A stretch of DNA of 64,000 nucleotides. Origin: Malacoraja senta (lineage: Eukaryota). Location: assembly GCA_038087875.1 (NCBI GenBank), contig CM075995.1, forward strand, positions 5,272,001 to 5,336,000, read 5' to 3'. Numbering within the stretch: position 1 is the first letter of the stretch; each line of letters opens with the position of its first letter. Made by a program: the position numbers and the translations under genes. Shown here in pieces: positions 1 through 13,324 of this stretch. The notes beneath the pieces are model-generated. The model saw only the letters and a program-made list of their open reading frames with translations, had not been told where the DNA came from and searched no databases.

Positions 1-1059
1 CCTCTCCCTCAATACCACCAGCACTGAGGTCCTACACTGTGAGCAGAGGAAAATATTGAAGGATGCATTCAAACTTCCTTGCAGAATCGAGATACCCCAG
101 GCCCATGAATGTCCACAGTGCTTCCTGCGCGGCACTGGGGACCTCAAGACCATCACCAGGAGTGTGTGTAAGGGCAGCATAAGTGGAGGAAGGAGCGCAT
201 CGCATCCCCAACAACCCACTCATCCATCTTGTCAGAAATAGAGTCTGTAGGTCCCATATTGACCCCAGAGCCCAAAGAATTGGAGTGGGAGTAAGACATT
301 CTCAGTCCTGAGGGGCGATCTAAGAGCTGTTTCTCGAGCTAAACAATTGATAGATTGCAGGGTGAAGCTGGTCTCGGTGAAAGAATGTCAGGATACTGCA
401 CTTCACTTTCTTTGATAAGAAAAAGCCAAATTTTGTTTTCACTTAGCAAGTGCTTGTTAAAGGATGCAAGAATCCCAGATGCTTTAGTTGAACAATGAGT
501 TTTGAGGATTAGTACTTAAGAATATTTAAAAAGAGGCTAGTATAGGCTATTTGACCGCATGTGCCGAGGTTGACCTTCGTAAAGAATAGGATCGAGCTTC
601 TACCTCAGCGTCACATCTCTGACCTGCAGTTCACCGCTGGAAAGTATCCCTTTGTTTTTGCCCTCCGTCAACTGCTCTGATCAATCTATTAACCAGATGG
701 CTCCGAACAATATATATTACAACGGCAACCCTGGTTGCACACAATCATAAATATTCCCTTTGTCCTAAACATCTCTCCCCGGTCCTTTCTGCAACATGAA
801 ACTATTCCGCTATCTCATTTTTCCAGTTCTGACAATGGATCTTTAACCTGAAACAATACCTTGGTTTCCCTTTCCACTGATGTTACCTGACCTGCACTGG
901 ACCTGTACTCGCTGGAGTATAGAAGGATGAGGGGACACCTCATTGAAACTTACTGAATAGTGAAAGGCCTGGATAGATAGAGTGGATCCCTGGAGGAGTT
1001 TCAGGAACTAAGGATCAAACTAAAAAAAGGGGATCAGACGGGCAAAAAGGGGCCAGGAG

Positions 1060-2600
1060 ATAGCTCTGGCGGGTAGCATAAAAGACAATCCCAAAAGATT
1101 TTAATAAATACATTAGGGGGAAAAGGGTAACTAGAGAAAGAGTGGGACTTCTCAGGAATAAAAGCGGTCCTTAAGTCGTCCTTAAATACAGGTGCCAGAG
1201 GATTGGAGGGTGGCAAATGTCTTTTCAAGAAGGACTGCAGGGAAATGCTGGGAACTATAGGCCGGTTAGCTTAACATCTGTAGTTGGTAAGTTACTGGAG
1301 AGTATTCTGAGGGAGAGGACATACAGCCATTTGGACGGGCAAGGGCTGATTAAGAACAGTCAGCATGGTTTTGTACATGGGATGTCGTGTCTCACAAATC
1401 TGATTGATTTTTTTTGAAGATGTGAGCAAAAAGGTTGATGAGGGCAGAGCTGGAGATGTTCAACAAGGAGCCACATGGTAGGCTGCTCTGGAAGGTTAGA
1501 TCTCATGGGATCTAAGGAGAGATAGCTGAATGGATAGCAAACTGTATCCATGGAAGGAAGCAGAGGGTGATGGTGGAAGGTTGCTTCTCAGAATGGAGGC
1601 CTGTGACTAGTGGTGTGGCACAGGGTTTGGTGCTGGGCCCGTTACTGTTTGTCATCTACATCAATAATTTGGATGAGAGCATACAGGGCAAGATTAGCAA
1701 GTTTGCTGATGATACAAAAGTTGGTGGTTTTGCAGATAGTGAAGATGGTTGTGAACGATTGCAGCATCATCTGGATCGATTGTCCAGGTGGGCGGAGGAT
1801 GAAATTTAATACAGAGAAGTGTGAGGTGTTGCATTTTGGGACATCGAACAAGGGCAGGTCCTACACAGTAAATGATAGGCCTCTGGAGAGTGTTGTAGAA
1901 CAGAGGGATCTAGGAGTACAAGTGCGTGGTTCCATGAAGGTCGAGTCGAAGGTAGATAAGGTGGTCAAAAAGGCTTTTGGCACTTTGGCCTTCATCAGTC
2001 AGAGTATTGAGTATAGAGGTTGGGAGGTCATGTTGCAGTTGTATAAGACATTGGTGAGACCACATTTAGAATATTGTGTTCAGTTCTGGACACCATGTTA
2101 TAGGAAATATATTGTCAAGCTTGAAAGGGTTCAGAAAAGATTTACGAGGATGTTGCCAGGACTAGAGGGTGTGAGCTATAGGGAGAGGTTCAGTAGGCTG
2201 GGTCTCTATTCCATGGAGCGTAAGAGGATGAGGGGAGATCTTATAGAGGTATACAAAATCATGAGAGGAATAGATCGGGTAGATGTACAGAGTCTTTTAC
2301 CCAGAGTAGGGGAATCGAGGATCAGAGGACATCAGTTTAATGAGAAAGGGAAAATATTTAATAGGAATCCAAGGGGTCACTTTTTCCACACAGAGAGTGG
2401 TGGCTGCCAGAGGAGGTAGTTGAGGCTGGGACTATCCCATCATTTAAGAAACAGTTAGACAGGTACATGGAAAGGACAGGTTTGCAGGGTTATGGACCAA
2501 GTGCAGGCAAGTGGGACCAGTGTGGCTGGGACATGTTGGCCGGTGTGGGCGAGTTAGGCCGAAGGGCCTGTTTCCACACTGTATTACTCTATGACTCTAT
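1060..2600 (+). mobile_element. CR1 (HER1-like) LINE, 5'-truncated, frameshifted RT region plus 3' UTR
   Basis: ORF fragments with NYRPVSLTSVVGKLLE, VTSGVAQGLVLGP, FADDTK, LVRPHLEYCVQFW; 3' end gggcctgtttccacactgtattactctatgactctatg. Confidence 0.93.
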
Positions 2601-2601
2601 G

Positions 2602-3400
2602 TGAAGAGGATACTTCCACTAGTGGGAGAGTCTAGGACCAGAGACCATAGCCTCAGAATAAAAGGATGTTCCTTTAGGAAGGAGAGGAGGAGGAATTTCT
2701 TTAGTCAGAAGATGGTGAATTAGTGAAATTCATTGCCACAGACAGCTTTGGAGGCTAAGTCAATGTTTAAGGCGGAGACTGGCAGATTCTTGATTAGGAA
2801 GGGTGTTAGGGGTAATGGGGCGAAGGCAGGATAATGGGGTTGAGAGGGAAAGATAGTTCAGCCGTGATTGAATGGCGGAGTAGACATGATGGGCCGAATG
2901 GCCTAATTTTGTTCCTAGAACTAAGGAGGTCCTACTGCAGTTGTACAGGGCCCTGGTGAGACCGCACCCAGAGTATTGTGTGCAATTTTGGTCTCTTAAT
3001 TTGAGGAAGGACATTACTGCTATTGAGGGAGTGCAGCATAGGTGCATCAGGTTAATTCCCGGGATTGAGGGACTGACATACAGTATGATGAAAGAATGGG
3101 TAGACTGGGCTTATATTCACGGGAAATTAAAAAGATGAGAGGGGATCTTATAGAAACATATTAAATTCTCAAAGGATTGGACAGGCTAGATGCAGGAAAA
3201 ATGTTCCTGATGTTGGGGGAGTCACAGTTAAAGAATAAAAACTGGGGTAGGCCATTTAGGACTGAAATGAGGAAAAACTTCTTCACCCAGAGAGTTGCGA
3301 ATCTGTGGAATTCTCTGCCACAGAAGGCAGTGGAGGCCAATTCACTGGATGTTTTCAAGAGAGAGTTAGATTTAGCTCTTAGGGCTAACGGAATCAGTGA
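2602..3400 (+). mobile_element. Two further CR1 3' fragments
   Basis: RALVRPHPEYCVQFWS and FFTQRVANLWNSLP motifs; CR1 3' UTR gggccgaatggcct. Confidence 0.88.
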
Positions 3401-3744
3401 ACCCCATGGGCAATCACTACCGAAGTGTCTGCCCACACAGTCAATACACCTCTCCTACACTCGTCTCCCGTACTAAGTCACCCCAAACACCCCCCCTCCT
3501 CCCCCCCTCCCCCCCACCTTTCCCTCCCAACTCCAGTCCCGTCCCGACCCCCTGGGAAACTGAAGGGAGCGAAAATCAACTGCCACGGATACAAATAATG
3601 TCATACACAAGAAAGGGCAGATGCTGGTTGACAAAAAGTGAACACACAGAGCTGGAGTAACACAAAGACGCAGCAGAATTTTGGAAACGTCATCCCGTCA
3701 CCCATTCCTTCTCTCCAGAGATGCTGCCTGTCCCGCTGAGTTAA

Positions 3745-4031
3745 AGAGTGCCCACGGTAGACTCACGGGTCACTACGGTAAATTCACGGGCTACTACGTT
3801 CTTACAACAAGTTTAAAAGTTAAAACATTTTACTTCAAGAGTAAATTTGACTCGTGGAAATCTTTCATCATGTTGAAAGATTTTCACGAGTTAACAAGTT
3901 TCCCGAGTACCTGCCGTTAGCGTTACGAGTTCCGACGTTCCCGCTACGTTAATTCTACGTGATTACCACGAGTTTGATTTGTTTTAAACTCGGGATCACT
4001 CGTGGGTGGACTCGCACTGTGAGACAGGGGT
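3745..4031. mobile_element. Partial Harbinger-type MITE (one terminus visible)
   Basis: Ends gtgagacaggggt followed by TTA; CpG-rich interior with ctacg/cacg repeats, like the other MITEs in the window. Confidence 0.55.
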
Positions 4032-4704
4032 TTAAGGCAGCAACTCTACTGCTGTGCCAACGTGCCGCCCGTTCCTTCATATAATTTATCTTGTTCTGTC
4101 TATAAGGGGTGCTCATAGCATGTTGCTAACCTTTTCCAATCTGTTGCCAACCTTTAAGCTTTACCAACTATTTTTAGCTCACAGCTATGCACAGCGAGAG
4201 TTGATTGCAATCAAGAATTCTAGCAGTGAGTGCTACTTGTGAAAGGAAATCATAAGATCTACAAATTGTAATTGCCAACCATTCATATTCCTCACGGGTG
4301 CTAAGTGTGGCCCTATGCCCTACATCAAAATTACTAAACAACATAATGTGTCCTATAACGGTGGGCTTAGTGTCTCCTTTACAATAGACAATAGGTGCAA
4401 GAGTAGGCCATTCGGCCCTTCGAGCCAGTCAATGTGATCATGGCTGATCATCTCCAATCAGTACCCCTTTACAAGTCCATAAGATGTAGGAGCAGAATTA
4501 GGCCAATCAGCCCACAGAAATAAGGCAGCCTCAATCCTGAGGGACAATTTCAGATTTGTTTTCTCGAGCTAAACAGTTGATAAATTGCAGGATGAAAATG
4601 GTCTCAGTGAAAGAGTGCCAGGTTACCACATTTCAGCTTCTTTGATAAGAAAGCTGAGCACATTACTCAGTGAACTTCTGATTCTCTGATTTTCAGGGCC
4701 AAAG

Positions 4705-5234
4705 CTTCTACAGATGCACCATAGAAAACATTTTACCGGGATGCATCACAGCTTGGTTTGGGAACAGCTCCATCCAAGACCACAAGAAATTGTAGCGAAT
4801 TGTGGACGCAGCCCAGACCATCACACACACCAACCTCCCTTCTATTGGCTCCATTTATAGCTCATGCTGCCTCAGCACGGCCAGCAGCATAATCAAGGAT
4901 GAGTCGCACCCTGGCTACTCTCTCTTCTCCTCTCTCTCATCAGGCAAAAGGAATGGAAGTGTCAAAACGCACACCTCAAGATTCAAGGACAGTTTTATCC
5001 AGCTGTACCATAACTAGGGAGCTGTCCTGAACTACTATCTATCTCATTGGTAACCCTCAGACTATCTTTGATCGGACTTTACAGGCTTTACCTTGCACTA
5101 GACCTTATTCCCTTATCGTGTATCTATACATTGTAAATGGCTCGATTGCCTTTCCGCTGACTGGTTAGCACTCAACAAAAGCTTTTCCCTGTACCTCGGT
5201 ACACGTGACAATAAACTAAACTAAACTAAACTAA
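4705..5234 (+). mobile_element. Rex1/Babar-like LINE 3' fragment
   Basis: ORF remnant ...IIKDESHPGYSLFSSLSSGKR...HTSRFKDSF; ends gtgacaataaa(ctaaa)n. Confidence 0.75.
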
Positions 5235-5449
5235 AATGCTGCTGAATTATAGGTTATGGAGACAATCTGAAAGGTTTGGCCGCAGAAAGGCTACTAGATC
5301 GGAATATGTTTCCTGAGATTCTGCTTCTGGAGGGAAGGTTCTAAAATTGTTATTGGGAGAAGGACTAAATTGGGTGACAATGAATCAGATCTTTGTTTTT
5401 TGTTCCTTCCCATTCTCTTTTCCCTTTACGTTCTTTCCACAATTAGTTA

Positions 5450-6330
5450 GGACAGTACAGCGGCGTAATGGTATAGCTGCTGCCTTAGAACGCCAGAAAC
5501 CCGGGTTCGATCCAGACTACGGGAGTTTCTGTACAGATTTGTACGTTTTCCCTGTGACTACGTGGGTCTTCTCCAGGTGCTCCAGTTTCCTTCCACAATC
5601 CAAAGATGTGCAGGTTTGTAGGTTAATTGGCTTCGGTAAAATTATAAATGATCCCGAGTGTGTAGGATAGAGTTAAGGGCCTGTACCACTGAGGCAATTT
5701 TTTCGGCGACTGCTGGCGACTGTCACAGTTGTAGCAGGTTGCCGAAAAAGCAGCAACTGGGCCCCCCCCCACGACAATGTCTACAACAAGCTACAACAAC
5801 CTACCACCTAGTCGACGTCAAGCTATGGCAGGCTACCGACAACCGGTGACCCATTAGGACGTCCACCTACGACCACACCTGCGACAACCTGCGACAACCA
5901 AAGTCAACCTACGTCCACCCACGACAAGCTACGACAAGCAATGACCCTGTCGGCGACAACTGAAGACAATTCAGTCGCCAGTACCCGTCACTGGTTGACG
6001 TAGGTAGTCGCCAATGGAATTCACCGAAATCAGCACCCGGCAACAACTAACGTCACCGGACAACAACCTACGACAGCACCTACGACAGGAGAAGACAAGT
6101 TACATCAAGCTACGTCAAGCCCACAGTCGCCGAAAAGTTTTGAACATTTCAAAATCCAGTGGTGACCAGAAAAACGTTACGACTCATTAAGCGACTTGAG
6201 GAGACCACTCACGACCATACAGGCGTCACCCCTCAACCATGTGTCGCCTGTGGGACAGGGGCTTAAGTGTCACTGGTCGGCGTGGAATCGGTGAGTAGAA
6301 GGGCCTGTTTCCGCACCGTATCTCTAAAGT
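5450..6330 (+). mobile_element. HE1-type tRNA-derived SINE interrupted by a MITE
   Basis: Head with B-box ggttcgatcc; body ggtttgtaggttaattggcttc; tail gggcctgtttccgcaccgtatctctaaa resumes after the MITE. Confidence 0.85.
5676..6263. mobile_element. PIF/Harbinger-type MITE
   Basis: Termini agggcctgtaccact ... gtgggacaggggct; flanks TTA/TAA; internal cgacaa repeats. Confidence 0.75.
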
Positions 6331-8089
6331 TTAAAATGAGTCATTTTGCATTCTTACCTCCTGGCCATATAAGGCAGTACAAATTTGGTGCGATGTAACA
6401 GTGTTCAATGTGACTGACCAGCAAAGCTCGAGATTTGTCAGAGCTAAATCGCTAACATTACAGTATAAGCTTTCTCCATCAGATGAAAGCCTTCGCATCA
6501 TTTCCAAAAATATTGACATCAAGAAGTCAGGCAAATGCCTCACAGATGGACGATTGCCTGTTTAATTAAACTGACTGAATCTGACAAGTTCAATAATTGT
6601 GAAGCAAAATTCATCAGGCAGCAGACAGGGGGTCTTTATCCTTTGTATTAAGCTCTTCCAAATAAAGCATTTCATCAGCTCGGCTGGCTGTAAATTCTGA
6701 AATGACATTTCCTTGTTGATTTATGTCCCACACCTTAGGTCATTTTCTTTGTGTGCTCCCACTGATAAACTAGTGTGTTAACCCACCCCCTCACATGTCT
6801 CAAAATACTCCAGCGCTCGCTAAAACTAACGAACCCCTCTGACATCTGGGAGGCAAGTCAATTCTCAGCTCCTGGTTGTCAATTGGACAGTTGAGAAAAG
6901 ATAATTTATCTTTTTGATTGGTGTGTGCCTGCTCATAAAAATAAGTAATGACATTGGCTGGGAGTGAAAATATAATAGATTCAGACATTTCATGCTTCGG
7001 TACAAAATAGTGGACAAACAAAATAGAGCGAGTTGCCCGTGTATTAATCTGACAGCTAGCATTTAATAACTGTTCCTAAACCAAAGAAAATTGCTTTATG
7101 GAGTAAAGCCAGAGTCACAGTATATGAGTGATTCAATATATGATGTGTGTGGTAGGGATACAACATGTTTGGCAGGAAGAGCTAATATCCACTTCCCAAA
7201 GCTTTCCACCCGTAATATTTCATTGTGCTACGGCTCGTTCCACCGTAGGTTGATCAATAACCACTAATTGATTATTCAACAGCTTCATTATCTTTGTGTG
7301 CCTAATTGCCAGGACATGAATGACAAATTAGATGGACTGTGGCCTGCTCTCATCCATCAGCTCCAATGTTGTCAATGGATTAATCCTCTAACCAGTGTAT
7401 TGCCCGCGCTTCCCACATGCTCTATGTTTTATTAATAATCTCCTGTGGGGCGCCCTTTGGAAGGTCTTGTGAAAAGCCCAAATACACCATGTCAACTGGG
7501 GCACCTCTTGGTAAGCCACTGCTTGGGACGGCTTAATTATCCTGCTACTCAACAAGAAACGTTACCTGGCCTGGACTGCTGGCCTTTGAACATCCACAGT
7601 GCAGGCTCGAAGGGCCGAATGGCCTACTCCTGCACCTATTTTCTATGTATCTATGTACTTCTTCGAAGAAATTGAGTCACCATCGAACAGTACAGCATAA
7701 GAACAGTCCCTTTGGCCCACAATAGATGTGCCAATCATGATGTCAAGACCATCACGTATCTACCTGCACATAACCCATATACCTCCAACCCCTACATATC
7801 CATATGCCTGTCCACAAGTCTTTTTAAATCCCACCAACCTATCTGCCTCAAGTACCACCCTGGCAGCACATTCCAACATTCATCACCCTGCATGTAAAAA
7901 ACCTGCCCCGCACATCTCCTTTCAACTCTTGCCTAATAACATTGTAGTTTGTCTGACTCCAATTTTGCACCACCCTGCAAAGTCCAGCCTTCTCCCTATT
8001 CAAAGTAATCCTAAAACTTATATAGAGTGTGTAGAAAGGAACTGCAGATGCTGGTATATACCATAGACAAAGTCCTGGAGTAACAAGTT

Positions 8090-10355
8090 CACCAGTTCAC
8101 AAGTTATAGGAGTAGAATTAGGCCATGCGGCCCATCGAGTCTACTCCGCCATTCAATCGTGGCTGATCTCTGCCACCGAATCCCATTTTCCTGCCTTGCC
8201 CCCATAACCCTTTACACCCATTCTAATAAAGAATCTGTCTCTCTGTCTTAAAAATATCCACGGATTTGGCCTCCACAGCCCTCTGTGGCAATGAGTTCCA
8301 CAGATTAACTACCCTCTGACTAAATATGTTCCTCCTCACCTCCTTTCTAAAAGAGTGCCCTTTAATTCTGAGGCTATGATCTCTGGTCTTAGACTCTCCC
8401 ACTAGTGGAAATATCCTTTCCACATCCGCTCTATCTATGCCTTTCATTATTCTGTAAGTTTCAATGAGATCCCCCCCCTCAACCTTCTAAACTCCAGCAA
8501 GTAGAGACCCAGTGCAGTCAAACGCTCATCATATGCTAACCCACTCATTCCTGGAATCAGTCGTGTGAACCTTCACTGGACCCTCTCCAGAGCCAGCACA
8601 TCCTTCCTCAGATATGGGCCCCAAATTTGCTCACTGCAAATGCAGCCTGACCAGTGCCTTATAGAGCCTCAGCATTACATCGTAATTCAGTGGGTCAGGC
8701 AGCATCTTTGCAGAAAAAGGATGGGTGACATTTCGGGTTGGGTCCCTTCTTTAAACTTACAGAGATGTGATCACTATCCCTAAAATGCTCTTCCACTGAA
8801 ACACCGGTCACCTGGCCAGGCTAATTTCCCAATACAAGGTTCAGTATGTTCCCTTCTCGGTTTGGACTATCAACATACAGTTTCAAGAAACCTTTGTGGA
8901 TAAACCTCACAAATTCTGCCCCAGCTAAGCCTTTGGCACTGAGCAAGTCCCAGTCAAAATTGGGAAAGTTAAAATCACCTACTAAGGCAACCTTGTTGAT
9001 TTGGCATCTTGCGGTAATCTGCCTACATATCTGTTCCCCTATCTCCCACTTGCTATTGGGGGGCCTGTAGTACAATCCCATTCGAGTTCTTGCATTCTAC
9101 CCACACATCTCAGCAAACTAACGCTCCATTGTTTCCTCACTGAGTGCTGTTGTGACAGTCTCCTCGAGTAGTTGTGTAACTCCTCTACCTCTTTTATTTT
9201 TTTAGTTTAGAGATACAGCTCGGAAACAGGCCCTTCGGCCCACCGAGTCCACACCGACCAGCGATCCCCACACATTAACACTACCCTACACACACTAGAG
9301 ACAATTTTACACAAGCTGATTTAACTACATACCTGCACGTCTTTGGAGTGTGGGAGGAAAACGAAGATCTCGGACAAAACCCACGCGGTCACGGGGAGAA
9401 CGTACAAACTGCGTACAGAAATCACCCGTGGTCGGGATCGAACCCGGGACTCTGGCGCTGCAAGCGCTGTAAGGCAGCAACTCTACCACTGCGCCACCGT
9501 GCTGCCCTCTTTTGCCTCCCTCTCGATCACGTCAGAAACATCGAAACACTGAGCTGCCAGCCATGTCCTTCCTGCAACCACATTTCCACAATGGCCACAA
9601 CATCATAGTCCCAGGCAGTGCTCCAGGCCTTAGGTTCACCTGCGTCCTCCACAATTCTCTTTGCATTGAAATAAACACATCAGCTCATTAGCGTTACCCC
9701 TTCACCTCTCTCTGCCTTTTCTCCCTTTGACACTGGTCCTAAACTGTAGCCTCATAGCATCCTCATCGCGGCTCATACTGCCACCCAGCTTTGTGTCATC
9801 CACAAACTTGGAGATGTCACATTTGATTCCCTTGTCTAAATTGTTAATATATATATTGTAAATAACTGGGGTCCCAGCACCGAGCCTTGCGGCATCTCAC
9901 TAGTCACTGCCTGCCATTCTGAAAAGGACTCTTTAATTCCTACTTTTTGCTTCCTGTCTGCCAACCAGTTCTCTATCTATGTCAATACCCTACCCCCAAT
10001 ACCATGTGCTCTAATTTTACACACTAATCTCTTGTGTTGGACTTTGTCAAAGGCTTTTTGAAAGTCCAGCCACAATCTGAAGAAAGGTCCCAACTCGAAA
10101 CGGCACCCATTTTTTCTATCCAGAGATGCTGCCTGTCCCGCTGAGTTACTCCAGCATTTTGTGTCTATCCTCCTCATCTCCGTGGTCTCAGATTCTCCCA
10201 CTACTGGAAACATCCTCTCCACATCCACTCTATCTACCCTTCCATTATTCGGTAGGTTTCAATGAGATTCCCCTTTCTCCAACCTAACTCTATCGACCAT
10301 AGGCCCTGAGCCATCAAACAGTTCTCATACGTTAACCTAATCATCCCTGGGAACA
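8090..10355 (-). mobile_element. Cluster of CR1 fragments (RT, 3' UTR and APE endonuclease pieces)
   Basis: GLYYRPPNS...LVGDFNFP (APE), DFQKAFDKV, FSQRVVNLWNSLP on the minus strand; interleaved SINE and Penelope-type pieces. Confidence 0.85.
9200..9503 (-). mobile_element. HE1-type SINE
   Basis: Reverse complement begins gcacggtggcgcagtggtagagttgctgcctta, B-box ggttcgatcc, tail ctctaaactaaa. Confidence 0.9.
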
Positions 10356-10577
10356 TTCAATGGCACTTTCATTGCTATCCTCTGCTTTCTATCCTTTAAT
10401 GACTTATTTTACTTTTGCCTGTGCGTGCCCTTTGGTATGGTTCGTCACAATTAGCATGTACATTTTGACCACTGTGGATTAAAATATTCATCAGCACATG
10501 AAAAAATAAGAGTTTTATATTCACATCAGACTTTCAGGAACAGTTTGATACCGAGGGACTCAGCCTTGTGGAGTTAG

Positions 10578-12452
10578 ACATAACCATATAACCATAACCA
10601 TAACAGCACGGAAACAGGCCATCTCGGCCCTTCAAGTCCGTGCCGAACATTTAAATTTTTTTTATTTTTTTTAAAATTAAAAATAAATACTTCCCCCTAG
10701 TCCCATCTACCTGCACTCAGACCATAACCCTCCATTCCTTTCCCGTCCATATACCCATCCAATCTATTTTTAAAGGATAACATCGAACCTGCCTCCACCA
10801 CTTCACTGGAAGCTCATTCCACACAGCTACCACTCTCTGAGTAAAGAAGTTCCCCCTAATGTTCCCCCTAAACTTCTGTCCCTTAATTCTCAAGTCATGT
10901 CCCCTTGTTTGAATCTTCCCTACTCTCAATGGGAAAAGCTTATCCAAGTCCACTCTGTCTAACCCGCTCATAATTTTAAAGACCTCTATCAAGTCCCCTC
11001 TTAACCTTCTGCGCTCCAAAGAATAAAGACCTAACTTGTTCAACCTTTCTCTGTATCTTAGTTGCTGAAACCCAGGCAACATTCTAGTAAATCTCCTCTG
11101 TACTCTCTCTATTTTGTTGACATCCTTCCTATAATTAGGTGACCAAAATTGTACTCCATACTCCAGAATTGGCCTCACCAATGCCTTGTACAATTTTAAC
11201 ATTACATCCCAACTTCTATATTCAATGCTCTGATTTATAAAGGCCAGCACACCAAAAGCTTTCTTTACCACCCTATCTACATGAGATTCCACCTTCAGGG
11301 AACTATGCACAGTTATTCCTAGATCCCTCTGTTCAACTGCATTCCTCAATTCGCTACCATTTACCGTGTACGTCCTATTTTGATTTGTCCTGCCGAGATG
11401 TAGCACCTCACATTTGTCAGCATTAAACTCCATCTGCCATCTTTCAGCCCACTCTTCCAAATGGCCTAAATCTCTCTGTAGTCTTTGAAAATCTACTTCA
11501 TTATCCACAACACCACCTATCTTAGTATCATCTGCATACTTACTAATCCAATTTTCCACACCTTCATCCAGATCATTGATGTACATGACAAACAACAGTG
11601 GACCCAACACAGACCCCTGAGGCACCCCACTAGTCACCGGCCTCCAACCTGACAAACAGCCATCCACCATTACTCTCTGGCATCTCCCATTCAGCCACTG
11701 TTGAATCCATCTTGCTACTCCACCATTAATACCCAACAATTGAATCTTCTTAACCAACCTTCCATGAGGAACCTTGTCAAAGGCCTTACTGAAGTCCATA
11801 TAGACAACATCCACTGCTTTACCCTCATCAATTTCCCTAGTAACCTCTTCGAAAAATTCAAGAAGATTAGTCAAGCATGACCTTCCAGGCACAAATCCAT
11901 GTTGACTGTTCCTAATCAGACCCTGCTTATCCAGATGCTTATATATATTATCTTTAAGTATCCTTTCCATTAATTTGCCCACCACTGACGTCAAACTAAC
12001 AGGTCTATAATTGCTAGGTTTACTCTTCGAACCCTTTTTAAACAACGGAACAACATGCGCAGTACGCCAATCCTCCGGCACTATTCCCGTTTCTAATGAC
12101 ATTTGAAATATTTCTGTCATAGCCCCTGCTATTTCTACACTAACTTCCCTCAATGTCCTAGGGAATATCCTGTCAGGACCTGGAGACTTATCCGTTTTCA
12201 TATTTTTCAAAAGTGTCCGCACCTCCTCTTCTTTGAATCTCACAGTTTCCATTGCTACTCTGCTCGTTTCCCTTACCTCACATAATTCCATATCCTTCTC
12301 CTTCGTGAATACCGAAGAAAAGAAATTGTTCAATATCTCCCCCATCTCTTTTGGCTCTGCAGATAGCTGTCCACTCAGACTCTCTAATGGACCGATTTTA
12401 TTCCTTGTTATCCTTTTGCTATTAATATAGCTGTAGAAACCCTTTGGATTTA
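10578..12452 (-). mobile_element. CR1 LINE, 5'-truncated, with a 542-aa uninterrupted RT frame (10717-12345)
   Basis: [36 protein letters not shown] motifs in one frame; 3' tail of ttatgg/ttatat repeats. Confidence 0.95.
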
Positions 12453-12489
12453 CAATAGTTCAGTAATGGTTGTGGGACCATGTGCTATT

Positions 12490-13160
12490 TTAGCCACTTG
12501 AGCACAAATCTAGGTCACCACACTGTCACGTTGCATTGATGAATGCAACAATGTGCATCAGCAGAGATGTTATCCGGTGGCACAGCGGTAAAGTTTCTGC
12601 CTTACATCGAATGCAGCGCCGGAGACCCGGGTTCGATCCCAACTACGGGTGCTGTCTGTACGGAGTTTGTACGTTCTACCCGTGACCTGCGTGGGTTTTC
12701 TCCGAGATCTTCGGTTTCTTCCCACACTCCAAAGACGTACAGGTTTGTAGGTTAATTGGCTTGGTATAAATGTAAAAATTGACCCTGGTGTGTGAAGGAT
12801 AGTGTTAGTGTGCGGGGATCGCAGGTCGGCGCGGACCCGGTGGGCCGAAGGACCGTTTTCCGCTCTGTATCTCTAAACTAAACTAAACTAAACTAAACTA
12901 AGGTTTCATATGCCCTTCCTGCTGGGTGTAAAAATCCCATGCCACTCTGTTGAAGAGATGCAATAGGGCTCTCTCTGGGCTAACGATTATCCCACTTTCA
13001 TATTTATATTAACAACACCAGTCATGAATACCTAGTGGGTGCATTGGTGTTAGTGGGAGGGTGCTATTTTTAACTTAATTTTGTGTATCCCAAATTACCG
13101 CAAAGACTTACATTTTTGAATAACAATGTACATGGCATTCTAAGAATGTTTTGGGTGATA
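12490..13160 (+). mobile_element. Old DeuSINE (SacSINE1/AmnSINE1-like) remnant interrupted by an HE1 SINE
   Basis: ctgggtgtaaaaatcccatgccactctgttgaagag...ggctaacgattatccc resembles the Deu-domain core as I recall it. Confidence 0.55.
12575..12901 (+). mobile_element. HE1-type SINE, near full length
   Basis: ggtggcacagcggta A-box, ggttcgatccc B-box, (ctaaa)n tail. Confidence 0.92.
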
Positions 13161-13324
13161 TCTGAACCCTTTATTTCTTTATTCTTGTCTTGATGATTCA
13201 AAAGAGATTTCCGTGGGAAATCTGAGTTGGCTCTGTTACATTTTAAGTGATCTACTGGCTTCCTTACTTACAAGCATATTTGATCCCTGCATTAGTTATT
13301 TCCCATTCACTCAAGTGAACAAAG

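Noticed and set aside
5760..6240. Short recurring cgacaa/ctacgac motifs (and gtcgaagg at 27540-27910) as a CRISPR-like array
   Set aside because: No constant repeat with unique spacers; they lie inside TIR-bounded MITEs in a vertebrate genome
5673..6266. TTAA TSD implying piggyBac/Kolobok
   Set aside because: Sister copies show AGGG...CCCT termini with a 3-bp TTA duplication, which fits PIF/Harbinger better
10717..12345. 542-aa RT ORF as a domesticated gene or retron/DGR-like system
   Set aside because: Ordinary 5'-truncated CR1 with its own 3' UTR and tail; no endonuclease domain or accessory genes
12575..12650. tRNA-like sequences at SINE heads
   Set aside because: A/B boxes belong to tRNA-derived SINEs; no complete cloverleaf, and all continue into SINE body and tail
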